A DNA stretch of 59,846 nt, filler included, from Nemertoderma westbladi (lineage: Eukaryota > Animalia > Xenacoelomorpha), in the NCBI GenBank assembly GCA_032718475.1. It is 3 parts of 3 records of this genome, joined end to end, with 100 filler letters (N's around TTAATTAATTAA, not from the genome) between each part and the next. Parts side by side here need not be neighbours in the genome. Positions count along the whole stretch, not along the records: positions 40,743 to 59,846 come from JAUCBJ010007884.1; 2 more parts are not named here. The stretch is one strand, 5' to 3'. Numbering within the stretch: position 1 is the first letter of the stretch; every line of letters begins with the position of its first letter. Both the position numbers and the translations under genes were made by a program. The notes under the pieces are model-generated. The model had not been told where the DNA came from and did no database searches. It worked only from the letters and a program-made list of their open reading frames with translations. Below are positions 44,723 through 58,510 of the stretch, piece after piece.

Positions 44723-46079
44723 ATGGCTGAGTTGATAGAAGATGATCTTGGTATCAGGGAGCGATATATTCTACCTTTACAAGCGTTTGTTGATAGCTTG
44801 ATACGCGGCGACACTGGTCCTACTACTCCGGAGGACGATGGTCGTTATATCGAACCGCCGATGTCCCAGAAGCAACTTATGCGTGAATTGGACTATAGAA
44901 AATTCACTGCTCGCTATACGCATTGTAATGGTACGTATATGGACTTCTTAACTACTGGCCATCCTATCGATTTACACGATACGGACGATATCGACACCGA
45001 AAGGGAAATGGTCCTGTTTGAGTATCCTACCCAGCGGAGTCGGAATGATAAACTGAAAATCGAATGCGAAAATTCTATTCGAAATCGACTCGAAAGAGAA
45101 GACGTTAAAGAACCGGATAAACGCGGTAACTCCAATGTATATTTGGAATTCTTGAGAGAAACATTGTAAAACCGAATAAATATCACCCGCGTTTCCCCTA
45201 CAAGACGTTCGTCTTTGGTATTATTGCAATGAATGCCCAAGACCCAACCAACAAACGGAAAGACATAAACATCCGTAGAGACGTTGTTTTAAACACGGTT
45301 ACTCGCTATATTTACGGGAGTTTCGAGCGAAACTTGTTCGATGTATCACCTACTCTCGCTCGATTCAAACAATCCTTAAATAAACCTATGATCAGAGTTC
45401 CGGAATACTCGGTCAGACCTCCTCATTCCCTAGTTAGACCTCAGACTCTTGATCCTAATAGTATCATGGATCCTCCCGAACTGTACTCACTGTTCAAAGA
45501 TCTAGTGCTACCCGAACAGTTAGTCGGTGGCACTCCGGTTGTGGGCTCCCTAAATATTCGCCCATCTTACCTAGTCGGATTGGGACGCGGACATCTAATA
45601 TCGTCATTCAACCGTATCATCGTCCATGTTTAACCCGATACAACCTGTCACCGAAGCGGAGGAGAGAGTTGTACGAAACGCGTTGGACACTATTCTTCAA
45701 AAGAGCGGAAAATGAACCTACAATTGTTTATAGAAACGTAAATTGCAGCAGCAAGTCCAAGCGGTAAACGAATTAACTTTATCTCAGTTCGATCAGGAAA
45801 TTCAGAATCTCTAAGAAAATATCGAACTTGGACGACCCTATTCTCTGCAAGAGTTTTGGACGAACGCATCCAATGATAAGCGGAGGAAAATCAGCTCGAG
45901 GAGAAGCATATCGAAATAGACGAGACATCGACCGTAACCCTAAACCTTCAGATGCAATTGTATTGCACCCTTTACCCAAGGGTTATAGCCCTCCTAGTAA
46001 AGTGGCTCGCCCCAAAGAGAAAAGGACTCTTGCTAGCCTCAAAAAACTGCGTAAACGCCGTCCGCACAAGAAAAACTAA
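44723..46079 (+). pseudogene. Frameshifted orphan ORF (~450 codons in total), function unknown
   Basis: ORFs 44723-45169, 45229-45633 and 45828-46079 abut through apparent 1-nt frameshifts. Intronless, CpG-rich, K/R-rich C-terminus; no motif recognised. Confidence 0.5.
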
Positions 46080-46156
46080 CTGTTTAGAGTATTTTTATAT
46101 TTTAGAAACTGTGATTTTTATATTTTATAGACTAAAATCCCATTTTTGGGAGCGGT

Positions 46157-47330
46157 GTAAAAGCTTTTGCGGAATTAGCCGGTTATTTTCCCCGTAAAGT
46201 ACTCTGTAGTTGGTTTAACAGGCATAAAAGGCCGTACCCTTACTGTACTGGTGTTTTAGTGGACATAAAAAGCCATTTCTTCTGTATGTGTACTTTAGCG
46301 GACATAATTAGCAATTCTATGACGCAATGCGCTAGATCCTCTTGAAACAGTGTAGTTACTATGACAACAGCTAACAGCTGAGCTGTACACGTGTAGCTTT
46401 TCCTTGTTCTCTGGTGTTTCTTTGTTCGGTCAACCAATCAGAGCGATTCTCCTGCTTTTTGTACAGAAACCTCCGAGAAATCGCGCAATGCATTATGGGT
46501 CAATGTTTACATTTTGTCCTGAGCCCAGAAGACCGGCTTCGGAATCTCTGTGTTTTCAGTCTTTAGCCCAACATTAGTAGGCTTAATTATAGAACGTATA
46601 TCTGTTATCTAAACAATCTTACTCACTCACCTAATCATATTGTCAACTACAAACACCGCATTTTACTGCTATTTACTGTCGGTTATTCATTATATCTGTT
46701 GATGGAATATTATTATATTGGAGAATATCAATCAATAATCAGACACCCCAATCTTCTTGATATACTGAAGGTTAGAGAGACCGGTTACATATAACGATTG
46801 CGACTTACATTAAAGTGGTTTTGAAGTGAATCTAATGCTATTTCATAGGCCCTACATGTATTGGTTGCTGTTCTCTTTATATGTAACTAAAATTAGTGAA
46901 GGTCGGCAGATCGGTGTGCAGCATTGTGCAGTATTGTGTATGATTGTGACTGATAACAAAGCATCTCCTAAAGAATGCGCCATATACTTGAATCTATAGC
47001 CATCCCGTTGTGTCTAGTTTAAGTCATAACTCTGTTTACATATTTAGAGCGCCACGTCCTAAAGGAACTGTTAATATTTCCCGAAAGTGAATAATATTTG
47101 TCAGAGATTATATATTACGATCAGTCGAATAATACAGTAGGCCTACACCGCAATACGGTTAGGCTTCCGAATCCAGTCTCCCGGGTATATCCAGCGGGTG
47201 AATCATCGCGCATAGACTGGCTTCGGCTAATGTAGTGTATCAAATACTTGTCATAGGCTAAAGACGATCTATTATCTAGAAGACATCCCAATTTGGCAGG
47301 TTAAACTGCTAAAGGTCTGAAAGCGTGAAC
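46157..47330. repeat. Diverged ~1.2-kb interspersed repeat, copy 1
   Basis: Collinear with 58511-59757 (shared tgtaaaagctt, ccaatcagagcg, gcgccacgtcctaaaggaactgttaatatttcccgaaag, tttggcaggttaaactgctaaaggtct). Confidence 0.85.
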
Positions 47331-47333
47331 AGG

Positions 47334-47498
47334 TTCACTGTGGAAGATCATCCATGGTGGTGAACAGACATTCCTTTAGGAAACAGAGTGGAAGGGTTTA
47401 CTGTGGAAGATCACCCATGGTGGTGAACAGGCATTCCTTTAGGAAACAGAGTGGAAGGGTTTACTGTGGAAGATCACCCATGGCGGTGAACAGGCATT
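47334..47498. repeat. 63-bp tandem repeat, ~2.6 units
   Basis: actgtggaagatca recurs at a 63-bp period. Confidence 0.9.
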
Positions 47499-50088
47499 GC
47501 TTGGCTTAACCCTTTCAGTACCAAGCTCTTTCAAAAACCGAGATTGATGCGCCAATAGAAATTTGGTTGTTATTTAGAAAAACTGTAAGTCCTATGAAAA
47601 AATGATGAAAGTTAAAGTTGTGGAGAATCATACTTAGTCGAATGGTAAAAAAATTACAATTTTATCCCGTTGTTGTAGGCCTATTTCCCATTAACCAAGT
47701 TCCTCTACTGTAGGCTCGATTGGCAAAATATTATGTATTATAATTTACTTTCAGTTTCCATTTATTATACTACGTTGAAGGTACCTGTAACACGTAGGCC
47801 CCATTATACTTTGGTGTAATATTATTTTGATTATGTTTATCGTCCCAGTGACGTTGTGCTTTCAAGCTAGGTAGGCCTATATTTTTGCCTATATTATTGC
47901 AGTATTGTTTGTATATTATTTTATGTTTATCGTCCTGGTTGTTATGATATATGGCGCTGTGTACTATTATCAGCCCATTATACAGTATAGAATATTTAGA
48001 TAAGCCATAATGACGTACAGCCGTAATTAGATAGGGAAAATAAAATATCCGAGTTTATAGATCTTATCCATTTTTGTATAGTATGTAGCCTTACGTACGT
48101 AATTTTGTAATAAAACATTAATAAATAATATTTACGGTAGCAAGTTTCCTATAAAACCTTGATATGAGCTTGCTGTTTATTAGTATTAATCGAATTAACG
48201 TGTATTTGCATTAATTTCCGTTTATATTTGTCTTTAAATTGGCTTTATATCAAATTGTGCTTAATGTACTTTAATAATCGCGAAATTAATGTTATGGCCA
48301 GCAACCCGGGATGCAATTCATTACCATATATGGTAATAATTTGCGATTTGGAATCCCGAGGATCACAATCCGGCTTCCTTATTGGCCCAGTTGTTCCAGG
48401 TTGGTCTAATGGTGGCATGGGTTGCTGGACCAATGAGACGATTATTGCGTCATCCCTATTTCATCACCTATAAATTGGCTGTGTTTCTGGTATGTGCTAC
48501 CTGTTATGCATTTTTGATTCCCTGCATTTTTGTCTGTAATAATTCTCAATTATTTCCTTGCAATTCTGCTTTGTGTAATTTCTGATTTGAATTCTTTGCT
48601 GTTCTTTCTCAATTATCAATGATTACTGCAAATTACAATCTCGAACTATGATTTCCACCTTTGATTACTAGTTTCTATGTGATATAAGATGCGATAATCC
48701 TACGGGATTTCTTTAGACTGTCAGACTGTTTGTGAATGCATGCGCCGATACGACATTTGTTCTAATGGAGGGCTAAAGTACCGGTAGGCGTGGCAGGCAC
48801 ACCGGGGGGAAGCGACAAAGGGAGTGCAGAGGATCCAAAATGGGCAACGCTGGCGGGGGGTCGCCGTTGCGGTTGGGGGTAGTCAGTGGGGACCGAGGAC
48901 CTACCATCGTTACAGTATTAAGGGGCTGACGATCCAGATTTTGTCTCTATTTTGCAGTGTTAGGGGGCAGAACTTGGGGTTAGTTATTAAGCCTATATGT
49001 AGCCGGGGGTGGCCTTCGTGTCTTACACTGCACACTACACTGACAACTGTCAAGTTGATATACTGGTATGCTGATACGCTACTGTGTGGTTTTAGTGCAC
49101 TAGCTGACTGGTAGTTAGCGCAGTACCGTACTACTAGCTTATTGCTACTCTATTTGTGTTATTGCTAAAGTGTGCCTGATTCTTAATTGTGAATGCTTAG
49201 ATAGGCGCCGTTCCTTTAATTAAGAATTTGTACGCAGCATAGCGGAGGGTAGTTTAAGTAATTGTTTAGAATACAACTGTAGACTATTCACGCTGGGCGG
49301 TTATTTGGAAATAGCGGGGCAACAGGCTGATAGCAGCATCCAGTATACAGTAGTAAGTTGCTGGCCTAAAGCCAGCCGAAGGCAAGTTTAGACTCCAAAT
49401 AAAGTAACAGGACTGGTCCCGGTAGGTTATTAAAACATTCTCACATTCAACAATTCTGCCAGTGAATTCCAGTATTTGCGATAAGTGAACGCCGAGTGTA
49501 AGCCACTCACACTCATTTTAAGTAGCTTAGGGAGCCGATTCGGGTTTATTGTTTTGGTTATTCCCGCGTGGCTCATAGATTCGAACAGTTAGCTCTCTGT
49601 CGAGCGATCGATAGAGAAAGGAGCAAGCGATTTTGTAGGAGCCGTAGAGAATTAGTAAAACATATTAGCGGACGGCCTGGTTAGCGCCAACCAGCGGTGA
49701 GAAGCAATTTTGTGTTTAGCGGTAGTGCGGCAGTAATAACGCGCTCCTGGTCGCGCTTGTTTAACACTGGTGATGTTTGAGTTATAGTTGTGATATAGTT
49801 TATTTCTTTCTGTTTTGTATGTTTCTTTCTTTATTAGTATTTACGTGTTGGTATTTCTCTCTTTTGTACTCTGGTAATTAAATATCTATCTATCTATGCA
49901 ATTTTGTGCCATTTTAATTTTGTTTAGATCAATTAAAAATTTGAAAATAAACTTGAACTAAATAAAAATTTGAATGGGGTATGGGGTATGGGGATTACAG
50001 CTGTATAATTTTAGGAACAATTATTTAACTCTTATAGTGGAAAATAATTAATATCTATGAAAGGACACGCCGGAAATTAGTTTTTTTG

Positions 50089-50364
50089 GCCCATGTGAAG
50101 AATACCAGACTTTCTGCCGTTATATTTCACTTTGCAGTTACCCCCATGTGAAGAATACCAGGTTTTCACCAAAACCACAGGTTACAGAATGGCTGAATCT
50201 AACCAAAACAATAAACGAATTAGTATATGTACAGGTTATAAGACATAAATAAGCGCTAAAAAACACTTAATAAAGATAAATTAAAAAAAATAAAAAATCT
50301 TCATATATAAAATTCCAATAAAAAGTCGACCGAAAAGTGAAATCCTGATATTCTTCACATGGGC
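50089..50364. mobile_element. Short MITE-like element
   Basis: 20-bp inverted repeat gcccatgtgaagaata(c/t)cag, an internal third copy and a related motif at ~25780. No TSD resolved. Confidence 0.55.
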
Positions 50365-51103
50365 GGTTTTTTTTTACCGCAATCAACATAATTAACTATT
50401 AACTACTTTTATCTTAGCTTCTCGAAGGCCACACGTTAATTCAGTTTGGAAAATTTCTAAACTTTTGCCGAAATACACTTGAAACAAGTTTGGTTAGATT
50501 TCATCGAGGATTGACTGAGTTATTAACGTTTAAATATTGGACACGACAGAACAACAGATCAGCATGTAGATTAATGGTACCCCACCCCTACACTAAGGTT
50601 CACCTTACTTCGTGACTCGCCCTACATATATCACATATATATCGGCTACCCACTAGGTTGCATCACAACCCAAAACCTACACAGTTCGCGATCAGCCATG
50701 TAAATTCATATGCATTACTTAGACCGGTGTCTTTTAGCTGATGATAATTTTTCGAGACTATCTTTAGCTGACCACCACCACCTTTCCACTCGCCAGTCGG
50801 ATTGCATTAAACTAGATAATGCACAACCTGATCATTTCTAAGATAGCGATAGCAGTGGGCATCTAGTCACATCGGTAGTGCCAGCAGGGTAGAGCTGGGT
50901 TGATGCAATCTTTAGTATCTTCCGTAATTTTCCAATGCCTTGTTTGTTAAGTGAGCATTTATTTTATGCTTTTAACCCCTGCGCAGTATTCTGATGTATA
51001 TACCATCGTGTCTGCAGAATAAGCAGCACAGGATCTACTGCTGCCTGGGATACATGTACCTTCGAGGATTAAGGTTCAATTCGAGGAGATTTTCATACAT
51101 TTT

Positions 51104-51393
51104 GGTTCCACCTTGGTGTAGTGGTTGCATTAAATCCACATCTCCCGTAGGTCGTGGGTTCGATCCTCACATGTGCCAGGGCAGTTTTCGTCTCGGCACG
51201 AATGCTTTAAAGGGACCAGCCAGGGGCGCATCTCTGCCATGCATCCTTAAGTGGTAGCTAAATGAGTACTGGAGCTTCCTCTGGGGAGTAAAGTTCTGGG
51301 GGGACCGCACTGGAAATAAGTCGTCAGACTTTGTGCGTAATCCCTGGCCTAGTGGCCGAAGAAAATTCACTTTTTTTACTTTACTTCACTTTA
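51104..51393 (+). mobile_element. tRNA-derived SINE
   Basis: Pol III box A TGGTGTAGTGG (51114) and box B GGTTCGATCC (51157), ~200-bp body, (cttta)n-like tail. Confidence 0.78.
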
Positions 51394-52258
51394 TAGTTTA
51401 TTTAATACACCCGCCCATGTCAAGCCCTTTATTCTCCGAATCCACGACCCAACGTAATAATAATAATAATTATTAAAATATTTATATAGCGCCTTTCCTA
51501 AATTAAGAGCAAGGCGCATGGCACTGTTAAAATATAGGATTGCTAAAAAATTAGATAAAAACAGTTTAATTTAAAACGGACATTGATAAGATCGTGTGAA
51601 TATGATTATGCAGATTTACTTGTACTCCAGGTGGAAGTAGTGTGTTTTTAGCCTCGACTTAAAAACCGCGATGGTTGGTGATTGTCGAAAGTTGATTGGC
51701 AGTTTGTTCCAAATAGTCTGGGCAGCAACTGAGAAAGCGCGCTTGCCGTAGTGCACCATGTTGAATCTAGGGATCCCCAGCAGTTCGTAGTGGGATGACC
51801 TCAGTGACCGGGAGGGCGTGTAGGGTGACAGTAGATCTCGCAGATATACTGGTACTGTTCCATTCAGACACTTGTAGGTAATCATCGCAATTGTATAGTC
51901 TATCCGACGTTGCACTGGAAGCCAATGTAGTCGCATTAGTACAGGGGTCATTTGTTGCCTGTCACTTTTCTTGAGACCAACTAAAAGACGCGCCGCACAG
52001 TTCTGCACATATTGTAGCTTTTTAATGGAATCAGTCGGAAGACCGTAATAAAGGGAGTTGCAGTTGTCCAATTTACTTGTGACAAGCGAATGAATCCAAA
52101 ATCTCAAGATTGTCTTTGGATAAATAGCGCTTAATTTTTCCAAGATTACTGAGGTGATAGAATGCTTCTCTGACAGTAATTCCAATGTGCTTGCGGAGTG
52201 TCAGATGAGAATCGATTTCAACACCGATATTACGCGCAGTTGCGTTACAACCAATAGT

Positions 52259-53097
52259 TAGGGCTCGATCGGAGTTCCGGCTCTGGCTCCGGCTCCGGCC
52301 GGAGTTTCTTACATCCGGCTCCGAACCGGAGCGAGTTAGAAAAATCACCGGAGCCGGAGTTTTTTTACTTCAGTATGTTTTATATTAATGTACATAATAT
52401 ACTGATATATAGGCTAGTATAGGCATATGGCAGCAGTATATTCCAGTGTACAGTATTCCAATAGCCTACTCCAGCTGTCCAGTACCGGTAGTACTGCAGT
52501 ACTGTCTGACTGTACTACTTTGATAGGCCTAATACTATTATTACAGTATTACTATACTATACTGCAGTAGACTGGTAGAGTAGTGTAATACTAAATAACT
52601 TAGATTTACTGGCAGGCTGGTACTGGTAGTACTACAGTAGTACCGGTACTACCTCCTGACTTCTGTACTCACTGACTTAATCTAATTCCGGAACTGCTGT
52701 ACTGGTTGCTGGTAGCGGTAGGCCTACCTGACAGCTTGAATACACAGTCTGACAATCCCGCACCTCACTGCCTCAAGCTACTGTACTACTATACAGCTAT
52801 ATGTGATATGTACTATAATTCTGGAAGGGGAATGGACTGAGAATGATGCAAGGAGTTCTGTCCGCGACCAGCAGACCAGGATATAAGTACCAACGATGGC
52901 GACCTGGTGCCCGGATACAGGGATATGAGTGAGTACCGACGACGGCGACCTGGATATGAGTACTAACGACTGCGACCCGGCCCGGATATAGGGAAAATAC
53001 ACATAGGGAAAGAAACTCCGGCTCCGGTCAAACTCTGGCAATTTTTTTTCCACTCCGGCTCCCGCTCCGGCAAAATAAAAACTCCGATCGAGCCCTA
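52259..53097. mobile_element. hAT-type MITE
   Basis: 18-bp perfect TIR tagggctcgatcggagtt, 8-bp TSD ccaatagt (52251-52258, 53098-53105), subterminal ccggct repeats. Confidence 0.93.
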
Positions 53098-53297
53098 CCA
53101 ATAGTTTCGGAACCGATTATCACGTGGGGGATTCAACTTGTTTACCGAATTGCGACTGCAGCATGACCACTTTAGTCTTATCTGAGTTCATCTTTAAAAG
53201 ATGTGAGTCCATCCATGCTCGAACTTCGGAAAGGCACTTTTCAGTGATATCCACTGCATCATTCAGGTTTGATTTCTTAAATGTTATGTATATTTGA

Positions 53298-53940
53298 TGC
53301 GATTTTGTTCTAGTGTCAAGCTTGGGGGAACCAATGAGACACCTCCAATGTTATATAGTGTCTGGTTGGAGATGTGTGCATTGTACTTGACACAATGAAC
53401 CCGGTGTAGCATTCTTGTGAATGTGCCATCCAGAGATTTGGTGTCCTCAGCAGTTAGAGCCCAGCATGGACTCCCGTAGAGGAGTACTGGAACAACTGCT
53501 GCTCTAAATAATTGGACCTTAAGTTTCCGATTAATTCTCGGTGACTTCCAAATCCTGGAAAGCCTATTCAAGGCTGCCCATGCCTTTCCCTTACGTATTC
53601 GAAGGTCCTCACCTGACTTCCGGATCCATGATCCTAGGTAACAGAAGTCGTCCACATGCTCAAGAATACCATCCTTTGAGCTTATGCTCATCCGATCAGA
53701 GGCTTGCTGAGGACTTTCAACGTTAACTGTCAGAATTTTGGTGTTTCTGGAGTTAATAAAAAGACCAACACTAGACGCAGCATGTTCTAATGAGCTGAGG
53801 AGCCGTTGGGCTCACTCTAATGATTCTGAGAGTACTCCTAAGTCATCAGCAAAGTCTAGATCAGTTAGGTACTTGGCAGGATTTCCTCGACTTCTGGAGC
53901 CAGTAGGTGGAGTTATCATCACCCCATCATCATTTTCTTA
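53298..53940 (-). mobile_element. Internal RT fragment of a second RTE-like family
   Basis: TDLDFADDL, VGLFIN, VDDFCYLGSWI, IRKGKAWAAL, LLYGS..W. No tail or TSD. Confidence 0.85.
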
Positions 53941-55171
53941 ATTGCTGAGGTTGAGAATATGAGTTGTTAATGCGTACTTGTTGTGAGTGGCCCAACAAGT
54001 AGGATCGAAACAAATCTAATGCTGTCCCTGCAATGCCGATCTCATGTTCCAGAGTAATTAATAAGATACTGTGTTCGACAGTATTAAATGCAGCACTGAG
54101 ATCGAGCATTATTAACAGTACTGCACAACCATCATCAATTCCCCTCAGAAACTCATCGCTGACCCTAAGGAGTGCAGTTTCGGTTCCGTGGAATGGTCTA
54201 TAGGCACTTTACATAGGCTCGTGTAGATTATGTAAGTTCAGATGGAGCATCAGTTGGTTTGCAACAGCTTTTTCAACTAACTTCGAAATGAACAAGAGGT
54301 TTGAAACAGGTCTAAAGTTTTTCAGTATCTCGGGGTCAAGGCGTATCTTCTTGATAATTGGATTGAGCACAGCTTCTTTAAATAATGATGGGAATGTAGC
54401 AGTTGTGAGTGATAAATTAATTATCATTGTAGTGACACTTAAGAGAGTTGTAAGGTATTGCTTCACAATATGTGTAGGGAGTGGATCACGGGGACTGGAT
54501 TTGGGTTTTGAATCTTTGATAAGCTTGGCAACATCATCAGTTGATATTTCCTCGAAGTGATCAAGTTTTGGTACTGAAAAAGAGAATTGAGAGTCAATTG
54601 GGCTACAATATTCTTCATCAGGGGCTACCTTGGCCCCAACCTCAGATTCAGCACTTCCGCAGTTCATAGTCTGATTTGGCAGATTTTGTCGAAGTTCGTT
54701 ATCAACACCCAGCATTTCATCGCGAATATTTTCAATCTTCTTGTCGAAGTAGACTGCAAACCTGTCAGCTAACTCATATGCAGAGTCATGAGTCGGTAGG
54801 ACATTACTTTTACGGTGAAGAATTTTGTCAACCACTCAGAAGAGCTTTCTATTATCACCAATGTTTGAATCAATAATACCCCTGTAGAATTTCTCTTTTG
54901 TTGATATTAATAGCTGTGCCACGACATTACATCAAGTAAGCATCACAGTCTATCTGAAGTTGAGTCTTTCTATACCGGCGCTCGAGTCTCCTTCGCTTCC
55001 TTTTCGCCTCCATTATTGAATTATTGTACCACTTTGCCATGGGCTGAGATTTCGTGCACTTTTCAACAAGTGGTGCGTGAACGTATCAGAAATCTTATAA
55101 TAACACAAAGGCGGTTGATGAACTGATGGGGGGTATCTTAGTGGATAGACAAGTTGTAAAGCGTATTTAAA

Positions 55172-55727
55172 ATGTAACTATACAAGTCATGTAACTATAC
55201 AAGTCATTAACTATACTAGTCATGTAACTATACAAGTCATGTAACTATACAAGTCATGCAACTATACAAGTCATTAACTATACTAGTCATTAACTATACT
55301 AGTCATGTAACTATACAAGTCATGTAACTATACAAGTCATGCAACTATACAAGTCATTAACTATACTAGTCATTAACTATACAAGTCATGTAACTATACA
55401 AAGTCATGTATCTATACAAGTCATGTAACTATACAAGTCATGTAACTATACAAAGTCATGTATCTATACAAGTCATGTAACTATACAAGTCATGTAACTA
55501 TACAAAGTCATGTATCTATACAAGTCATGTATCTATACAAGTCATGTAACTATACAAAGTCATGTATCTATACAAGTCATGTAACTATACAAGTCATGTA
55601 TCTATACAAGTCATGTATCTATACAAGTCATGTAACTATACAAAGTCATGTATCTATACAAGTCATGTATCTATACAAGTCATGTATCTATACAAGTCAT
55701 GTATCTATACAAGTCATGTAACTACAA
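55172..55727. repeat. 17-bp minisatellite (tgtaactatacaagtca), ~33 units with 16/18-bp variants
   Basis: Direct reading. Confidence 0.97.
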
Positions 55728-56221
55728 GCCAGGGAGAGAGATTGGGCAGCTAAAGATTTTCACTGGCCTCTCTGCATCCCTATTTACCCTATCTATCCAA
55801 TTCATATTAAAGTCTATTCATATTTTATTGCTTAATTGTCAATAATATATTACCACCGCAGAAGGCTTATATCCAAAATAGTTTACTCCTTAATATACTG
55901 GGCTGATTATTTTTAAGGGATTTCTGCGAAATCTTCTTAAAAATTGTGTGTCCTTTGAATTTTCAATAATTTCAGACTGAGAAATTATCCGGGTAAATTA
56001 ATTTAATTATATTTCCACATCATTACTACATCAACATCGGCATAAGAAATTTTTTAATATTTCTAACGCCACAATAATGATAAAACACAAGTTGATTGTC
56101 AATACATACCTACTACTACAGTTGATAGTAACAATGTGTTGGCAAGCTGTATTTTTCGTGGTGTTAGTTATTATACATTTATTATAGGAAGGGATCTAAG
56201 GGTCTTAACCTCGAGTGGTAA

Positions 56222-57515
56222 GTTTATTTTACCGAAAATAACTTATCTTTTATTGGCGCAATTGTAGGACTAATCCTATCACATGCGTACTTTTTAACCG
56301 GGTAGTTTACAAATTTAGGAATCGCGTAATTTTTTATTGAAATTAATATCTCATATCTCTCCAAACCACGTACGCGTTTCGACCTTACTGGTACTACTAC
56401 AGTTGTACTGTCTGTGGGCGAGACACGTAGTCGGCGAGCCTTGGCATACGGTTCATATAGGGCAAATAGGGAATGTCCGTCTGTCCGTCTGTCTGTCTGG
56501 TAAATGTTTGAACGCGAATTTCTCTGCATCGCTGGTTCGGAATTGAACCAAACTTAGTAGGTAAGTAGTAGAGGGAAGTTTAGAAAAATTGTAAAGGTTG
56601 GTGAAACATCATGCGGTCTGACGTCAGCTACGACAGATTGTGGTTTTTAGAAAATGTTACATTTCTCGTGAACGCCTCAATTTCCAGATCTGAAATTTTG
56701 GTTTCTTGTACTGTAGAGAATCATAAAGTCTATCTTTTACGAAATTGAAAAGTTAAGACATTTAATTGGGGATCCGCTAGAGACTCCGAAGTAATGACAT
56801 AGGCCTACCGGTACGGTACTGTTGTACTGTACAAGTACGAAATTACAGAATAATAATTTGACACCACCTAGCGGATTTAATATATGATTGTATATCGAAC
56901 AAAAACATTTATAGCATGGGGTATGGGGTTCGAGCAACGAAGTTGGCGGAGCCTTTTCGAACTGACGCTATCTCTTAGGGGGGTAGGTCAATTATGGCAA
57001 ATGGTTCATTCAATAATGGTACTGTATGTCATCATCTTCGCTACGATTTTGACTTACTTCGTCGGATTTAAAGCTGTCGAGTTGAAAATTTCTAGGATTC
57101 AATAAGACCATAAGTTTAATTTCTTTGGGGACTTTCAGATACCATCAAATCATCAGTGTCTCGCTAGAGGGCTACATGTATAGTAATTAAATATCGTCAC
57201 ATTTCTTTGATTTAAACCCGTTCTAGCTGAAACTTGGCATATTTGTACTAGACCATTAACTGTGTAATTCAATGGAGGCTCATCCGTCTGCAGTTCTCTT
57301 TTCTGCCTCAAGAGGGCGAAATATCTCAAAGTGCAATCATTGATTTAGCTGAAACGTACTTGTCACATATGTGCTAGAACACGTCCGGTGTGTTTGCCGG
57401 GCTAGGAATCAGTCCAACCAGTTCTATCTCACCACTACTCCAGCAAAGTGTAATTCTATAGGACATGCAATAGTGTTAGGCCCCAGACTAATAAGACAGC
57501 TTGCTTATTGTTTAT
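56222..57515 (+). mobile_element. Possible DINE-1/Helentron-like non-autonomous element
   Basis: T-rich start, gtctgtccgtctgtctgtct microsatellite followed by repeated aaactt(g/a)g blocks. Boundaries are approximate. Confidence 0.4.
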
Positions 57516-58510
57516 CTCGCAAAATGATTGGCTGAGTCTTTAATGGAGATTCTTTAGAATAAATATAGCTAAATAATTTTGTTGAGACATCGACATTGTA
57601 AATTAATATTTCAGTATCAATACTAAAACGTCATAAGGTAAGTTATAATATTTCTTACAAATTGGGTCGCCTCCACGCCTAAAATATTTTACTTTTAAAA
57701 CTAAATTTTCTGTTAATACCTGACTGTCATCAATCCTCTGTGTGTCTTTGGGTTGGGGTGCAGATTAAGGGGGGGGGGGGGGGGGGGGGGGGGGTTGAAA
57801 GCGAGCAACCTCTATGGTTTATTTGTGGTTTGGTTAATTTCTTAAATATCGATTGTGATAGAATTGCTCAATTCTAATTTGTACTGTATCTTTTACATGA
57901 GCCTCGTAATGCGCGAAGGCCCCACTAACATGTAGAATTTACAAAAAGGCCAACATTGATGGATTGTGCTTGTTCTAGACTGCTGAGGATCTTATAGAAC
58001 CATTCATTGTTTTTGATATAAACAAAAAAAGTTTTAGTTTCAAGTCGGCGTGAAATACGCCGAAATATAAAGTAAATTCTTTCATTATTTTCTTTTCATA
58101 TATTTTATTATTATTCATATTCTTTCAGTATAAGACCGTTAGGACTTCTTACTGTAAAAGTATTCACTATGTATGTATATATATCGGGTTAACTCCTCCG
58201 AAACTATAGCTCGTCTGTCAAAGGAAAGTTATATCAACAATCTTAACCCCAGGATGTGAAAAAAAAGTTTCGAAAAAAAATATTCAAATGTCTTTTTTTT
58301 ATTTCGAAAAATGTCCCCATAACACGATAATTGCTATAGACTCAATGATAGAAACACCAGCTGCTGGTGCTCATGGGGGCCTAATAATGGCACTACTATT
58401 GATTGAATGGATAGGCCTACACTGCAGAGAAGTATATTACTTGCCAAATTATATTACTTTCTCACTCTATTCCACACAAGTAAGTAATGTATTACCCTGC
58501 CAGCTGAATA

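Larger units (their letters stand above)
51455..55080 (-). mobile_element. Degenerate 5'-truncated L2-group LINE #3 with nested inserts
   Basis: Same 3' terminus (aaggcgctatataaat + TTA repeats) as LINE #1. RT pieces NFRPVSNL, DLSAAF, KMNSDKT, LHWLP, with stops and frameshifts. Confidence 0.9.

Noticed and set aside
48780-49890. GC-richer segment with a PBS-like tggggaccgagg and a (tatc)n end
   Set aside because: No second LTR, TSD or ORF found to classify it.
51104-51175. Functional tRNA gene
   Set aside because: A and B boxes are present but there is no convincing cloverleaf, and the sequence continues into a body and simple-repeat tail typical of a SINE.
55458-55845. YKSC/HV-repeat ORFs
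   Set aside because: Translations of a 17-bp satellite whose period is not a multiple of 3.
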